Under the pieces are notes generated by a model. The model was given only the letters and a program-made list of their open reading frames with translations, searched no databases and was not told where the DNA came from. Made by a program: the position numbers and the translations under genes. A DNA stretch of 64,000 nucleotides, from contig NMRA01000343.1 in assembly GCA_002633005.1 (NCBI GenBank), positions 186,001 to 250,000 of the forward strand, in the 5' to 3' direction. Positions 37,827 to 51,800 of this stretch are shown here, piece by piece; the stretch's first letter is position 1, and the number at the start of each line of letters is the position of its first letter. This stretch comes from Phoronis australis. Lineage: Eukaryota; Animalia; Phoronida.

Positions 37827-40800
37827 ATGTCATCACGTGCAGTGACACTCAGTGTTTTAAGTAAAGAGCAAGATGAAGGTGTAGGAGCGAGAGTAAGACG
37901 TAGTGTGGGGTCATCCAAGGTACTACAGTAGTATCAGTTTTAAATGGTCAGGCTACTCAAACACCACAGCTCATGCCCTTTTAGTTCTTCACTTGCAAGT
38001 ACGACTTGGCCTGGTAAATTCAGTTAACCAACTCACAAATGCGGCTTACTGACTGCCAAGCATGGTGTCCGACTCACGAAATGATGATGCTTATGCACCA
38101 ATTAAACATAGCTCCTGACTCAGTAACCGCCAAAAACGGAGCACTGATGTGGAGTTCATGTGCAGTGTACGTGAGTTTGTGTGCACACAAGATTTTGAGT
38201 CATTTTTTGATTGTTTGAGTTATGTTCTGTGAGTCAAGCATAACATTTGGTGTTCAGTGAACCAAAATTAGCCAAGATTCCATCTGCCACTAAAGGGATC
38301 ATGACCAGACTAAAAAACAGTGATTTCGATGTGACACCGACTATTCTGTGCCAACATCTTCAAAACTGAAGTTCAGATATGAGCAGCCTCATACGGATCT
38401 AATGCAAAGTCCTATGACCACAAACTGACACACGGTGGCGCTGCCACAAGCATGAATACCAGGCTATCCCTACTACCAAGGCATTGTTAAAATGTCGCTT
38501 CTTTTGTGGCAACAATCACAGCACAGCAATTTGTCTGGTGATTGCCAAATTTGATACCATCCCCATAAGTGACAACAAGCATGTTTTGGTGATGTTTATG
38601 AATGCAGCAGCTGTGTTGTCTAAGTAGCCTGATGTATGTCATTGTAGTTTAATGCTTGAAGTTGTAAAAATATAGGCATCAGTGTTCAATAGAATCATAC
38701 AGCCATGGTCAGAACAAGACTGGAAAATTTGCAACCTTGAAGCACCGTAAAGTACTGGGCAGTATCTTCAGCAAGCGAAGAAGCATGATGTGTTACTACC
38801 TGTATCGATCCTAACATTTTCAGCTTCTTTTTTTCTAGATTAAGTGGGTATTGGGAAGAGCTTCATTACTGTTTTGACCCCTGAGAGACATGCGTTATTT
38901 AAAACGTAACCGTCACTATAAAATGTATGCAATTGTCCAAAAATGCTGATGTAAAGCAGCATTCAGAAATAAATTTCATTCTCTGTGTAGTTCCCATGGG
39001 TAAGTGTTTAACGAAAATACTTTCTTGTTTGTCACATGTTTTATTCGTACTTTATTTGTAAAAGAAACCTATAACTCATGCTGGTATTGACAGCTCAAAA
39101 TCGCTGTTAACGTTTTCTTAATGATCATTTTGTTTTTGTTTTATACCACCTTAAACTTTTTTATGAAAATTCTGTTTTTGATAGCTCCTAATGCAAAAGT
39201 GGAACATTTTAACAGCAATTCCTAACCGCACAGCATTTTGGAGATTAAGTGCATAAAGCACTATCTGTGAAAGTTTCGTATGAATCCGTCAGTCACCTGA
39301 GAATCTGATATGACGTTCCAAAGTTAGCCAAATTCTGACATATTTTAGGGTTCCACATAACTGATTAGTTTATTTGTAACAGTTAGTGATCAATTACTTT
39401 TTGACATAAGTCAGGTTTATGGCACATTTAAGGAATCTGTTTTACTTTGATGGTCCAAGCTAATTAAGAAATTTTATTACCATTGCTTTTGGCTAGTTCA
39501 TAGCTTGGAGGGATTTGAACCAAAGTTTTGATTTTTGATTTTGATTTTTGAATCTTGTTTGCTGTTTTAGCTCCAGAATCTCGATCCATTTCTGATGCTC
39601 GATGAATTCCGTGTGATGAAACCAGCTGGGTTTCCTGACCACCCCCATCGAGGATTTGAGACAGTCACCTACATGCTTAAAGGAGCTACTGAGCATGAAG
39701 ATTTTACCGGTCATAGAGGAGTGATCAGGGCAGGTGATCTTCAGGTATTTAACACAAGTTGGAAATGTGGAACAGCCTTTTTCTGTATAATTTAACTTCT
39801 CCCCAACTCTCCCCCTTTGAGGTAATCAGTTACTATAGTACCCATCGTTAGCCATTTATTTTTGTACATAATATATGATTCCCCTTGTTCATTGAGTGTT
39901 GTGAAAGTGGTATGTTATTAAACAATGGGAAGTTTATGGAAGGAATTCGATATCCTGTGAGCAATTTTTGGATGGATGCAATGTTGTTAAAAATTAAGTG
40001 CCAATAGACTAGATGTTTCACAGTGGATGACCGCCGGATGTGGAATCTTGCACTGTGAGATGCCCCATGGAGATGAGGAAGCCCATGGTCTCCAACTGTG
40101 GGTCAACCTTGCCAAGAAGGACAAAATGGTGGCGCCTGCGTATCAAGAACTACTATCCAAAGACATCCCCGTGGTTACCAGTGCTGATGGTGGCACTACA
40201 GTGCGCGTGATCGCTGGCTCGTCTATGGGGACAACGGTATGTCAACACCTGCTAAGTATAGGGAGACAAATTTTCACTATGTGTAGATTTATTTAAGGTA
40301 ACTGTGAATCTTGTTTACCAGGTTGTACTTATGTGCAATTATTTTAAATTCTGTGTGGGTCGCCAGAGATGGGCCACAACTTGATATCACAGACTTGTTC
40401 ATGGGACCTAAAATAGGTGGCTACTCCATCTTTCAGCTTAGAAATGTAATATGTGCGTCTGCAACATCTATTTTGGGGTGCATCTGCTGTTACTGTGGGA
40501 TGTGGCTATTGTTTCTAAACCCGAGATGCGGCTATATTTCGTTTGTGGGATGTGAAGATTGTTGTTAATCCGGGATGTAGCCTGCTGTTATAGAATGTGG
40601 CTAGTGTTGCTACTCCATTATGTGGCTATTTGTTGCTGGTGCGTGATGTGACTAATGAACTGCTCTAGAATGTGATTATAGTCTGGCTTGTTTTTTCAGT
40701 CCCGTGTTTACACCCGAACTCCAACTATGTATCTTGACTTCAAACTAAAGAGTGGTGCCAAGGTTGTTCAAGACATACCTCAAGACTGGACTGCATTCAT

Positions 40801-43636
40801 ATACACTTTGTCTGGAAATGTATGGATAGGTCTGTGACAGTTTGCATTAAAGGTGTTCAACTGTTAACCTTTTTATCCAAGTCACATTTTTTCAACTAAT
40901 CTAAACTGATATTGAATGTATTACTTATTTACCATCCATGAAACCACAAATTCTTCAGTTCGTTGATGATGATTGAAACTCACTGTCAAAATTTGTAAAT
41001 TTCGGACTCAATATGATGTGTAGGTGAAATTTCATTTTGTCAGCAAATTAACAGTTAACTTTTCAGAAAAAATACTTTGCTTTTAGTATGGTTTGTATGG
41101 TGGTAAACCATATATACTAGACCTTCAGTTTGTACGAAAATAGAACAGAAGTTGTAAATAAATTGAATTTGTTCATGACATTTAGCAAGCGAGTTCTGCT
41201 AGACATGTAGACTATAACTGTTCCTATTCACCCTGCAGGCCCTAGTGACAAGTTGACCAAGGCGGAAGCTCACCACACAATGGTTCTCAGCCGTGGCGCT
41301 ACAGTCCAAATAGAAAACAAAGATTCCAGCCCAAGTCACTTTGTCTTGATTGGAGGACAGCCTATTGGGGAACCTATTGTACAACATGGTAAGTGACCGC
41401 TTAGTAGTTAAGGTTATGTGAGGCCCTAGAAAAATGTCCAAAACTGGCTGAATTTGAAGAATCGTGTCACAGAAATGGCTGTCTCGGGTTCACATGAAAC
41501 TTTCAAATACTCTGCTTGATGCGGTGTTCAGTTTTTAAAATGAAAAGTGAAAAAATAAAAACAGAATGATAATTTGGAAAACCGTAGCTGCAGTGTTTTT
41601 AATTTTTCATCTAGAGCACAGTCATATATCAAACAAAATTTGATCAATTGACATGTTATTGATACAGTTGTTTTGCTATCAAATTGAATGCACTATTCGT
41701 TTTTAATAAATATTAGTTAAAAGACATGGTCATGGCACAGTTTAAGGTATTATTTAAAAAGTCAAAAATCGAATTTTACAGGCTTTCTACTTTCAGAAAA
41801 TATATACTTTTACTACAGTCAATGTTAAGAGCTATAGTTTTGTAGATTTTTGGCTTAAAGGTACTACATTTATGCTGTTGTAAACTTGTATTCCATCAAA
41901 GACACAGATGATTGAAATAGACCACTCGCTACATTAAAAACAGTCTCAACTTATTCCTTTCTCAGTTGAGGAGTGTTTTCCATGCTTTGAAGGAACTGGC
42001 AGTTTGGTATTGCGTGAGATCATGGTTAGCAGATAAAAACGCACACCATGACAAGCAAACTTTTTTATCGTTGTCTCGACCATTAACGTACTGTCAGTTC
42101 TTTCCACAAGTTGAGACCAATTTTTGAATGTAAATGATTTAAATCAAGAGTTATTTTTGATATTTTTGGTGGAAGGTAGACTTTTATAGCAGGTGTAAAA
42201 ATGGGTGACCTGTAGTCTTAAATTTCCTCTTTTGCAGAGGTAGATAAACATTTTGTGATTGACCTAGTTTTCAAAAGGTTTAATTATTAAACTTTTCTTA
42301 GTTAGACAGACAGGAAAGGAACAATTTATCATGTGCCACGCCCAGCTTGTGAAACTTCACTGCTCGGCTTTGGGTTGAAGAATGTCAAAAAAATAATTTT
42401 GATGTTGATAGTGATTAGCACGATAGCTGTGTGTCCTACTGAACTGCAACATTGCGGGTAAATATCGTCATATTTAGTTGACTGTTGCTGGTAGTCAACG
42501 GGGACATGGAGCTAGTGTCTTGCATAAAATCTAACTGACTTTGACAACTGAGCTTTTTACGAAGTGTGCTTGCACATTCTAAAGCAGAGAGTTATGGGAA
42601 AATTGGCTACTCAGATAGTTTCAGCTTATAAATACAGGATGTAACCTAATGTCAAAATAGCTTTTTTTCATTTTTTGAGTGCATCTAACCTAGGATACAA
42701 CATAACTTATTGTGAATCATAGTTCTAACATTGTTAATTTGTTAGTGACGATTGACAAATTTTCAAAATATTGTCTGATGGTAGTTATGTTGTAAAACTC
42801 ATGGAAAAGCATTCATTTATTTTTGTGCTGCAGAATTATCTTTTATGGACCATATGAGAAAATAAAATTTCATTAATCTTTAGACATTTTACCAAAACGA
42901 AATGTCGTCTGCATACATTTCTACACATTTGACGGGAGTGGTGACTTTCTGCAGTTCATTGTTCAGATTGATTCGCACACAGTCCGTAATTAAAAAGATA
43001 AATTTCAAGGAAAGAATGACCATGAGTGTGCAAGGATGGGTCAGCTGACGAGATATCTTTCAGTATCATTTTCTTGAGTGTATTCTCTTGCAAGGTTGTT
43101 GAGTTTATTATTTTACCCTGACAAGATCTTGTGTTACACTAGCGCCATCTTGTGAGATGTAGTAACACGTCCAGTCTTCTAATCCAGTCTACTATTTCAG
43201 TGTTGTTGTTTGGCTGAAGTGTATTGATCTGCAGAAATAAGTGTAGCCATGTACAGCTGGTTTACGGTTTAAACAAACTGATCAATTTTATTGAAATTCG
43301 ATTGGCTTTGACAAATTAAGTTATGGCAAACAGAAGATCACCGATTATGAACAAGAAGAAATTTTGCGAATCTTTTTTGAAGACTATTTTGTGACAAAAA
43401 TTATTTTGAAGGAGCCATATAGTCATTGTAAATTAAAAGTGAATGAACGTTAATTGTGATGCCATGTATCTGTGTAATCTAACTTAGGCCTATGGATTTT
43501 GTCTGTTGTAGGTCCATTTGTTATGAATACCCAGGAAGAGATTCGTCAAACTATGTCGGACTACAGATCGGGCCGGAATGGCTTTGAGAAGGCGCGTACT
43601 TGGAACTCATTTGTTGTTCGAGAGAATAACGATTAA
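37827..43636 (+). CDS. PIR: Pirin (iron-binding bicupin, 294 aa core); exons 37827-37919, 39571-39744, 40024-40236, 40700-40829, 41239-41388, 43512-43636; possible in-frame start at 37671
   Basis: Spliced CDS is 885 nt in phase. Motifs: EQDEGVGARVRRSVG, LDPFLMLDEF, GFPDHPHRGFETVTY, QWMTAG.GILHCE (His/His/His/Glu iron ligands intact), GLQLWVNL, EPIVQHGPFVMNT. Confidence 0.98.
40487..40680. repeat. Degenerate tandem repeat with a unit of about 24-26 bp in a pirin intron
   Basis: A gatgtggctattgttgct-like unit recurs about 8 times just upstream of the 40700 acceptor. Confidence 0.65.
41778..41853 (+). repeat. Dispersed repeat fragment, also present at 58833-58891
   Basis: acag.ctttctactttcagaaaatat.tactttt is shared between the two sites. 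Confidence 0.65.
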
Positions 43637-44479
43637 TTGAGAGGTCTTAGTTTGTAACATTTTAATCTCCTTTAGTCTCAGGATGAGGATGATGATGGTC
43701 ACATTTTTATTTGAAAACTTGTTTTTTAATTATCACTTAGATCTTTGCAATAGAAGAGATGCCTGTGCTACAAGTACAATTATCTTATTGCAGTCACTGA
43801 AATCTCACTAATTTCAGACAGAAAATTCACAAAATTAGTCTATTCAATTTTCAAGGGAGCCTTCAAGGTTTCTAACACTGTTGCTATTGTCCATAATTTT
43901 TCAAAACATTGTGTGATGATAGGTACCGTGTAGAACTTGAAAATCAAGATTTATGCGAGTCTTTTTGACTTTTAGAAAAATGACAAATTTTGAGTGAATT
44001 CAGAGTATCACGTGTCAGAAATGGCTGATGTAACTCAAATACTATGCCTTGTTCTCCAAAATAATGTAAAGAATTGTATTTAAAATGTTCCACCTTTACA
44101 TGAGGGACTATCGAATAACAGGACTGTCATGATTTTTATGAAAAAAAATTACAGTTGTTGCACAAAACGAGAACGAACAGCATTTTTGAACATTAATCGT
44201 ATGAAATTTGGTCATATCATTGATCCTGTTGATTTGCTATGAATGCACCTTTCTTTTTTGCTAAATATTCCTAAAAAAGCAATGTCAATTGAACCAATTA
44301 GTGGCAGAATGGTATGATGTCAAAAACCTAATTCTATGGTCAGTTTTTAATTTCAGAAAACAATGATCACATTTGCGGATTTAAAATCTATAGTTTTGGA
44401 GATATTTGACTAAATGTAGATTTGTTGATAAGGTCGTACATTACCTTAAATTTTATGAAAAAATAAAATTCCTCATATC

Positions 44480-44626
44480 CAGAGGTGGATCCAGGATTTT
44501 GAGTTGGGGGGGCAGGGCAGTGTATTAGCCAGGATATTGCACGTCAGACATCCCCAACGCCAAATGGAGTCGGGGAGAATTTTAGGGGGCCACAGCCCCC
44601 TTGACCCTCCTCTAAATCCGCCAATG
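44480..44626. mobile_element. hAT-like MITE, copy 2 (reverse of 37177-37330)
   Basis: cagaggtggatccagga...ctaaatccgccaatg. Confidence 0.75.
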
Positions 44627-47600
44627 TTATGTCTTAAGTTAGATTTTACAGTTGTTGAGTGTTCATTTCAAAATTTAGTTCATGATGATATAATCAGTGC
44701 TACATATCTGACATGAAATTCAGTTCAGTGGCTAACTGGCGTGGCGAACTGCAGACCAAATGAAATGGTTCGACTTTACATGATTATTGTGGGTCTCACT
44801 ACGTAACTTCATCCGATCGTGGAGTCAAATAATCAGACAAATTTTATGAGACACAATCTAGTACTTATCGACCCACAATACTGTCTTGGAGGCAGTGTGT
44901 TATTTTTTGTCCTGCGAAATAGTTAATACACTTGTCTACAGGTAAAATGTCGATACCTACCGACTTGAAAGAGTCTCTCATGTGTATAATTTATTTATTT
45001 ATCAGTGTTAACATTCGAAACTATAATATACATATATATATATTTATATCTTCATTAAAGTTATTTCAGTGGAATCATCAAAAGTGCGTCACTATGAGAA
45101 TGCATTATGAACAATAAGACTAGACAATGCAATTCTCCTTTCACCTGCCACATTAGACTTTTCCTAACCACAAAACAGAAAATATTTTAATCTGCCCACC
45201 TGTAAAACAACAATCTCCAAATCCGTACTCAAAATCTACCATACAATAAAGTCCACCAAAGTGCACCCAGCATTCAGCTAGTTTTCAGAGACAGTAAGGC
45301 TGCCTTGCAGCACGACAGAGAACTTATTCGATGCAAAATGTTCACTTAAAGTTGTACTGAGTGCTAACATGACCATTACCTTGGAACATCCTGATTCACA
45401 CATTGTAAAGCATATTTTTTTACTTAAAATTGCACTGCAAACCTAAAGTAAGGCAAGTTGACACTTCCGGTTATACTGTGGTGGGAATGGACCTTGCAGG
45501 AGTCCCATTTCCCAAGGCAATAGCACTCAGAACTTTTATACAGATCTGAAAAGCTTAGACTAGTTACAACCATAAGGAAGTAATGTCTAAACAAACCCAT
45601 TTTCAACCTTCACATATTCAGTAACCAACGTAATACTAAATACGACTAACCTCTGGTATCCCCATCAAAAGTTTGGATTAAACCAGCCTATCTTCCTCAT
45701 ACAAGGACTTGAAACAGGAATATGTCTCACAATGCAAATAAACCGAAAGTGAAAAACTTGCATTTCACATTAACACCATTCACATAAGGAAGAAGAATAA
45801 ATGGAACATGAAACCAGCTGATTATTAGTAATACATAAAATCTCCAATTTCGGACAAGCTAAATGGCATACTGAACTTTTGTCCAGCGTTCAAAGACTTC
45901 TAAAATTGTTTTGAAAAACGGACAGTTTCTCAAAACATTGTCTGCTGGCAGCTAAGGTATTGAACTGAAAAATGAAAAAGCACAGCTGTATACTGATAAC
46001 GGCTGATATTTTCATAACAGCCAAGGCTCTGATTTTCAATTTACACACCCCCTATCACTGAAACAGTTGAAAATTTTCATTTTCCGAACAGAAGTCCATG
46101 GGCTTATCAACAGAAAATCCCAGTACGTGCCATTTTACGAAAAAAAATGTCAGTTGTGTCCTAAAGTTGTGTAACACAATCTCGTAGCATACCTTTGCAA
46201 TGAAAGTTTAAAAAATTATGAAGTTTAGTTATTAACATGGTATACTTTACATTCAGCATCAGTCAATTTGGAAGACGGAATAGCTCTATGCAAACAGAAA
46301 AACTCGCTACCGCCAAAAAAAAACTGTTTTCTTCAATCACTCCACACTAACTGCAGAAAAACTCGCAAATGGGTTAGGAATGTTTAAATTTTATTAATTC
46401 TAGAAGTTTGATCGTCTATTTCTATCAAAATTAAAGTCACAAGATAGATTTAATTACTCAAAAAATGCGCATTTTGTAAATTAAAAATGCTAATGGTTAT
46501 CGGCCTTTCTTAACTGTTCTGTAAAAGGAAAAGTAAATTTGTTGAGCAGCACAAGAACTAAAAACTGAAACAAATTCTGTTTATCTTGAAAAACAGATGT
46601 CATGTTGACAGAACATCATTTGGGGATAATTTTAACAGGTTTTGAAGTTTTCGGAATGTTTGACTAAAATTAAGCTGAACAAGTAAAAAATATTCAACAA
46701 GCTAACAGAAGAAAAAACCAACAGCTTATCAAAGAAGCCATACACTATATGAAAAGTGACAAAGAAAATGCGAAGGAAATATAATACACTTTACAGTTAG
46801 TAAAAGAGTTTTGCAAACCAGTAATTCAAATGTAGTGCAACACACTTTACACTAAGAGTTATGCAACTCATGAACTCAAATTACTGCTTTCTTACCCTGT
46901 ACGCAAGCCTAAGATCAATCCAAATAAGGAACATGGAATATGCAAATCGAAAATAAAAAAGTGCAATAACAGCTCAAAACCTTTGTGTAACACAACAGAC
47001 ATACTCGCAACAGACCAAAAATCTCAAAATAGGGAATGATTATGAAATTGATAACTACTAATTGTACACCTTCAAAATTGAGCTAGAACACAGGACAACC
47101 CCGAATGTGTTTCTACAGAGACCGACAATAACATTAATTTTTCGTTAATAATGCATCAGAAATTTCATTCTGTAATGGGTCGACCGTTCAAAATTGACAT
47201 CAATACGCAAAAACTCGTTTAAGTCAAGATTTTCACTTAACACAGACAAAGCTCCAGGGTACAATACTCCTAATTCACGGACTCAGCCTTTCAGATAACT
47301 AAGATTTATTTTCCATGATAAAATCTCCGTCTGGTCTGTTCCGACTTCAATGATATTTATTGTTATTGCAAAACCAGCTTGGCTGGAAAGAGCCATGATT
47401 TTATCTGTACTCTCGTGAATTAATATTATTTTTATCCAAGTTTATTAAAACCCCAACAGCACAGCAAGTTGCGGAGAATTCATTATCTCTGCTTGAGTGA
47501 TTTATATAACTGAAGAAACAAGTTTGTTTCGGTAACGAGTTTACAATCCATATTGTACTCTATAATTGATTATTGCTCGTTTATAACACCAAGTGCTTCG

Positions 47601-48871
47601 CAAACCTAACACAAAATAAATTCAACAAGAGAAAATAATTATGTATGATCACAACATCAACTAAAAACAACACAGCTTAAACCAGACACAATGTTTTCGT
47701 TCATTTGTGTTTCTTTCATTTCAGAGATTTCAACACGGTTTCCACCCATATGGTTTTAATTTACCTTCTGAATCAAAAAACAAGATTTTACACAATCTTT
47801 AGGCAGATTCCTGCTGGACTGTAACAGGGCTGCACTCCGTAGACTCAAGACAGTTGCAAGAAAAAGCTAGTAAAAGTGCAACCACACGTTTTGCCGTTAT
47901 GCATGGAGATATCTCGCGAAGCCTTGCGTGATTTCGCTTCTCTTGTGCTAAACTTGGTCTACGGAATGCAGTACGAGTTAACACTATGACATCGACACAT
48001 GTGGGTTACGTATCCACCTTGCCTTGTATTTCGTATAACGTCTATTGTTACTAGTGATCGCATAATGTAGGAAGACAGCTCAAGCAAGTAATGTAGATAG
48101 TTCATAACAATTCAACAGTGAAACAAAGACAACTTATGACTTATCAGGACAACTTTGATGTCCCACAGCTATGTCAAAACATCTTTAACACAAAAATTCA
48201 CTTTGGTATTCAATCTATACTGCTCGTGTTTAATCTTTACACTCAGCCACAAAAATGGGTGTGGCTTGTTTTTATGCAAGCCAGCCCCATTTTGTTATAC
48301 TCCTCCAATGAAAAACTGACTAGTCGCAAGTAAAGTGACTTAACCAGGAAAAAGCTGGAAGATCTTTCTAAATGGAACCTTTAGCACTCTCAAACGTCTG
48401 GAATTTTTTCTTGACAATAGGAATTCAATGAATTAACTCTATTTCACATAACATGAGCAAACACGAGTTCAAAGTAACGATCAATGAAGATCGTGATTGT
48501 ATTTATTGCAGTAGTATGTGAGATATATTTATCAACTCACATTCACCAACTAAAAAGATACTGCCTGTCACTTCTATGTAGTTTAAATTACAATGGTTTT
48601 CAATATTTTGTCAATTTTAAGGACCCTGTCAAACCAATGTAGTTCTGAGTAAGAATGGGAGAAAACGGAATAGAAATTGACCGACCATTGTACAGTCTGA
48701 CTGAAAATGCCATCGACAATATCGCAATTTCCTGAGATCTGAGAAAAAGTTTGGAATGACACGATCGTACATAATTTTGACAAAACAAGATAGCTCTGAC
48801 AAGATGTTGAAAACTATTGCAGCATTTCCATATTCTCCCCGTATCTCCGCCCTACTACCACAAAGCCAATA

Positions 48872-51800
48872 TCACAGATCGAGGTTCAGTTCCCTATCCA
48901 ACTCTTCTGACGTGAACTCTTCCTCTTTCAACTCTAATACATCCTCCTCCAGGGAATCGCAAGAACTACTAGTTGTAAGTGGCTTAATATCGCTCCAGTC
49001 AATGGGAGGTAAATCGATCTGTTCTGGGTCGAGCCACGGCTTGTGGTGGGGGTTGTGCTTTTTCTTCCAAGACTCGTAGCCCCGCGCCGCCTTACATAAG
49101 CGCTGCATTATCTTGAAACGAAAAACGACACATAATGCTATTTTAATAGTACGTTTTATGTGAGTTTTCGAGCTCTTTCAATACATAATATACAGATGAT
49201 TGTGACGTTAACTGGGAAATACACTGGAGAAAATTACCTCCGATTCTTTGGACTGGGACTACAAGGTAGAGCTATCCAACCTAACATCATTTGGAGGGCA
49301 ATTCCATTTGTGATGGATGAACCGTCAGAGAACATTTTGATCAATTGTGAAAAAAATGTTCACCCTGTTAGGTCTCGTCGACAGCTTTCAAAGCATGAAA
49401 CAAATTTTTCTCCTATCTGTTTACCTGACTGAGCAAATTGCCTTTAAGGGGTGTGACGGGCGTACGCAGAGAATTTGAATTTTTGAAAAAAGAATTTTAA
49501 CATTAATTTTCTGTGAGTTGCCTTTAGTTACAATTTTTGGTTTATATGATGATTTAGTGGAATGTTTGCAAAGTACAACACACTAATTGTTTTGATGACA
49601 TCTTCTAAGAAATTTTTGTCAGATAGCTCGATGTAACTTGAGTGTGTGTGACGGATGTATGTGATGGACGTACGCTCTGAATTTCTAGTATTAAATTGTT
49701 GTGACTAAGATATCAATTCAGAATAATTCAAACTTTTGCAGTATTTAAGCTATATCGATCTTTTGCTACTGAATCAACGTTTTTTAATCAAAATACACCG
49801 ATTGACCTTATGGACGAAATCATCACATTACAGGTAGGCCTATGCTGGGAATGTACTCTAGGATTTTAATATTTCAATACATTTGATTAGAGATATAAAA
49901 CAATCTGCTAAAGTCCTCACTGCCCTTCGAAGATTGTAAGCATGGGAATGAGAGTGATAACCTGTTGGTTATCAGGAAACTAAACCTAAATTTTTTCAAG
50001 CACTTTTTTGTGACGGACGTATGGCACCATGACCTCTGGGAGTTGACCTTTGACCCCACAAAGTCGATGATGTTCCAAAGTTGAAATGTTATTTTTTCAT
50101 GAGATTGTACAAATTAGTGAAAAACCCATTAATTAGCTTATTTATGACAATAATTAGCAACACACATGAAAATCAAGCTAATTTTTTTAAGGGTCAAGTG
50201 ACCTCAAAAAATGGGTCCATTTAGGCAAAAATTAAGTTATAGGACAGTCAACTATGGATCATGAAACTAAGAGAGACTGGGCTTTCAGATAAGACCAGAA
50301 ATGACATAGTCACAATTTTAATTTTTTGTCTCTAGGTTGACCTTTTCACGGAAATGCCTTAAAGCAAGTAACAACATGCACATGTGACTACAAACGTTTG
50401 AATGTCTCTTCGAACACATTTGAGCTGTCTTCAGAAATCATACTAAGAAAATCAACAGTTGAAAATTTCCTAACACAATCACATTTAGACAAGCATAACT
50501 TGAATAACAGGTAGACTTAATAAGTGATGGCTACGCAAGAAGTGCAGATTTACCGATAGTTGCAGATGATTTAAGCTTTAGCACAGGTATGGAACACACA
50601 ATTTTACTGATAAGACATTGATTACCAATATCACTATTTTTATTAATGTGGCCACATTTCTTCAATTTGGAACGCTGTAATGGCAGACGAGGGAATTTTA
50701 GTTGCCTCATTTTTTATGCAACGTAACTTTTTATGTCGTCTGTTTATGACGTCAGGTGGTGCGAGTGTACCAAGTTTTCTATTTAAAGAGCGCGTTGCTG
50801 GTGCGCTGTCGTGTCGGTCTGAAGAAGTTAGCATGTCATGTATGTGCTTTTAATTGCAGATCACAATTTAAGGATGTTAAACCTTGATTCTACCCCATCA
50901 AAGGCTGGAATGTTCCCTTCTTGGCGACAGCTTAAACATGAAAATCACAAAGTACATTAACTATCACTAAATAACAGGTCTCAAAAATTTCCTTTCCATG
51001 ACAACAGTTGGTTTCTAACGTCCAAAGAAATTTAGAGAACAACAACAACTGATACGAAGTATCACAAATTTGGACAGGTTAGCCAAGCCTGTCAAAACTG
51101 AATGTTTTAATCCTTTTTTACTTACTTACGTCATTCATAATATGCTTGGGTATGACAATCCATTCTGTCAAGGTATATGGTTTAGGTAGTGAACAAGTAG
51201 GCAGTGCCTGTTTCAATTATTGTGCAGTAATTTTCAAACTACAATCCACAACTTCATTAGACTCACTGGGTTTTAATTAGCACAAGCTAAGGGGGAAATG
51301 ATCATTGTTTTTTTGAATTTTTCAGGTATACTCAGAAGCGCAGACTGAATTGAATTTTAAACAGCTTTATTTGACACTCTGTGATTGAAACATAAAAAAA
51401 CTTTTCAATGACTTAGAGAGTATTGATAAAATACATTTGATATCAAATATCAACAAATCAAGACGAATGTCTACCAGACCAAAAAATTTGAAGCCTGCAG
51501 GCACAGGTTGCGCAAGCAGCGAAAAGCCAAGGTTGCGGGCATTTGGTCAATGCTTTACCGCTCGTCCTTGCTGAAGAACATGCAAAAAGTCAGAGTGAAT
51601 TAACATAAATCCTGACATAATGAGATTAGCCAAGTAGAAAAACTTGGGCAAGAACAGAAAAAAATCTGTTCAATAGTAGTGAACCACTTATAAATAAGAA
51701 ATGGAACGTCTCAGTATTATTTGAAGTTTGAACACAGATTTTCCCCATTTTGAATGAACAAGTCAGATGATACTATCAACACCACTTATACAATTGCCAT

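Noticed and set aside
37833-37850. Iron-responsive element (CAGTGA loop) in pirin
   Set aside because: Only 3 of 5 upper-stem pairs form and it lies in coding sequence. The candidate at about 36283 also fails to pair.
420-43636. NF-kB functional cluster (NFRKB plus pirin)
   Set aside because: The NFRKB name is historical; its established role is in INO80/UCHL5 regulation, so the link is nominal.
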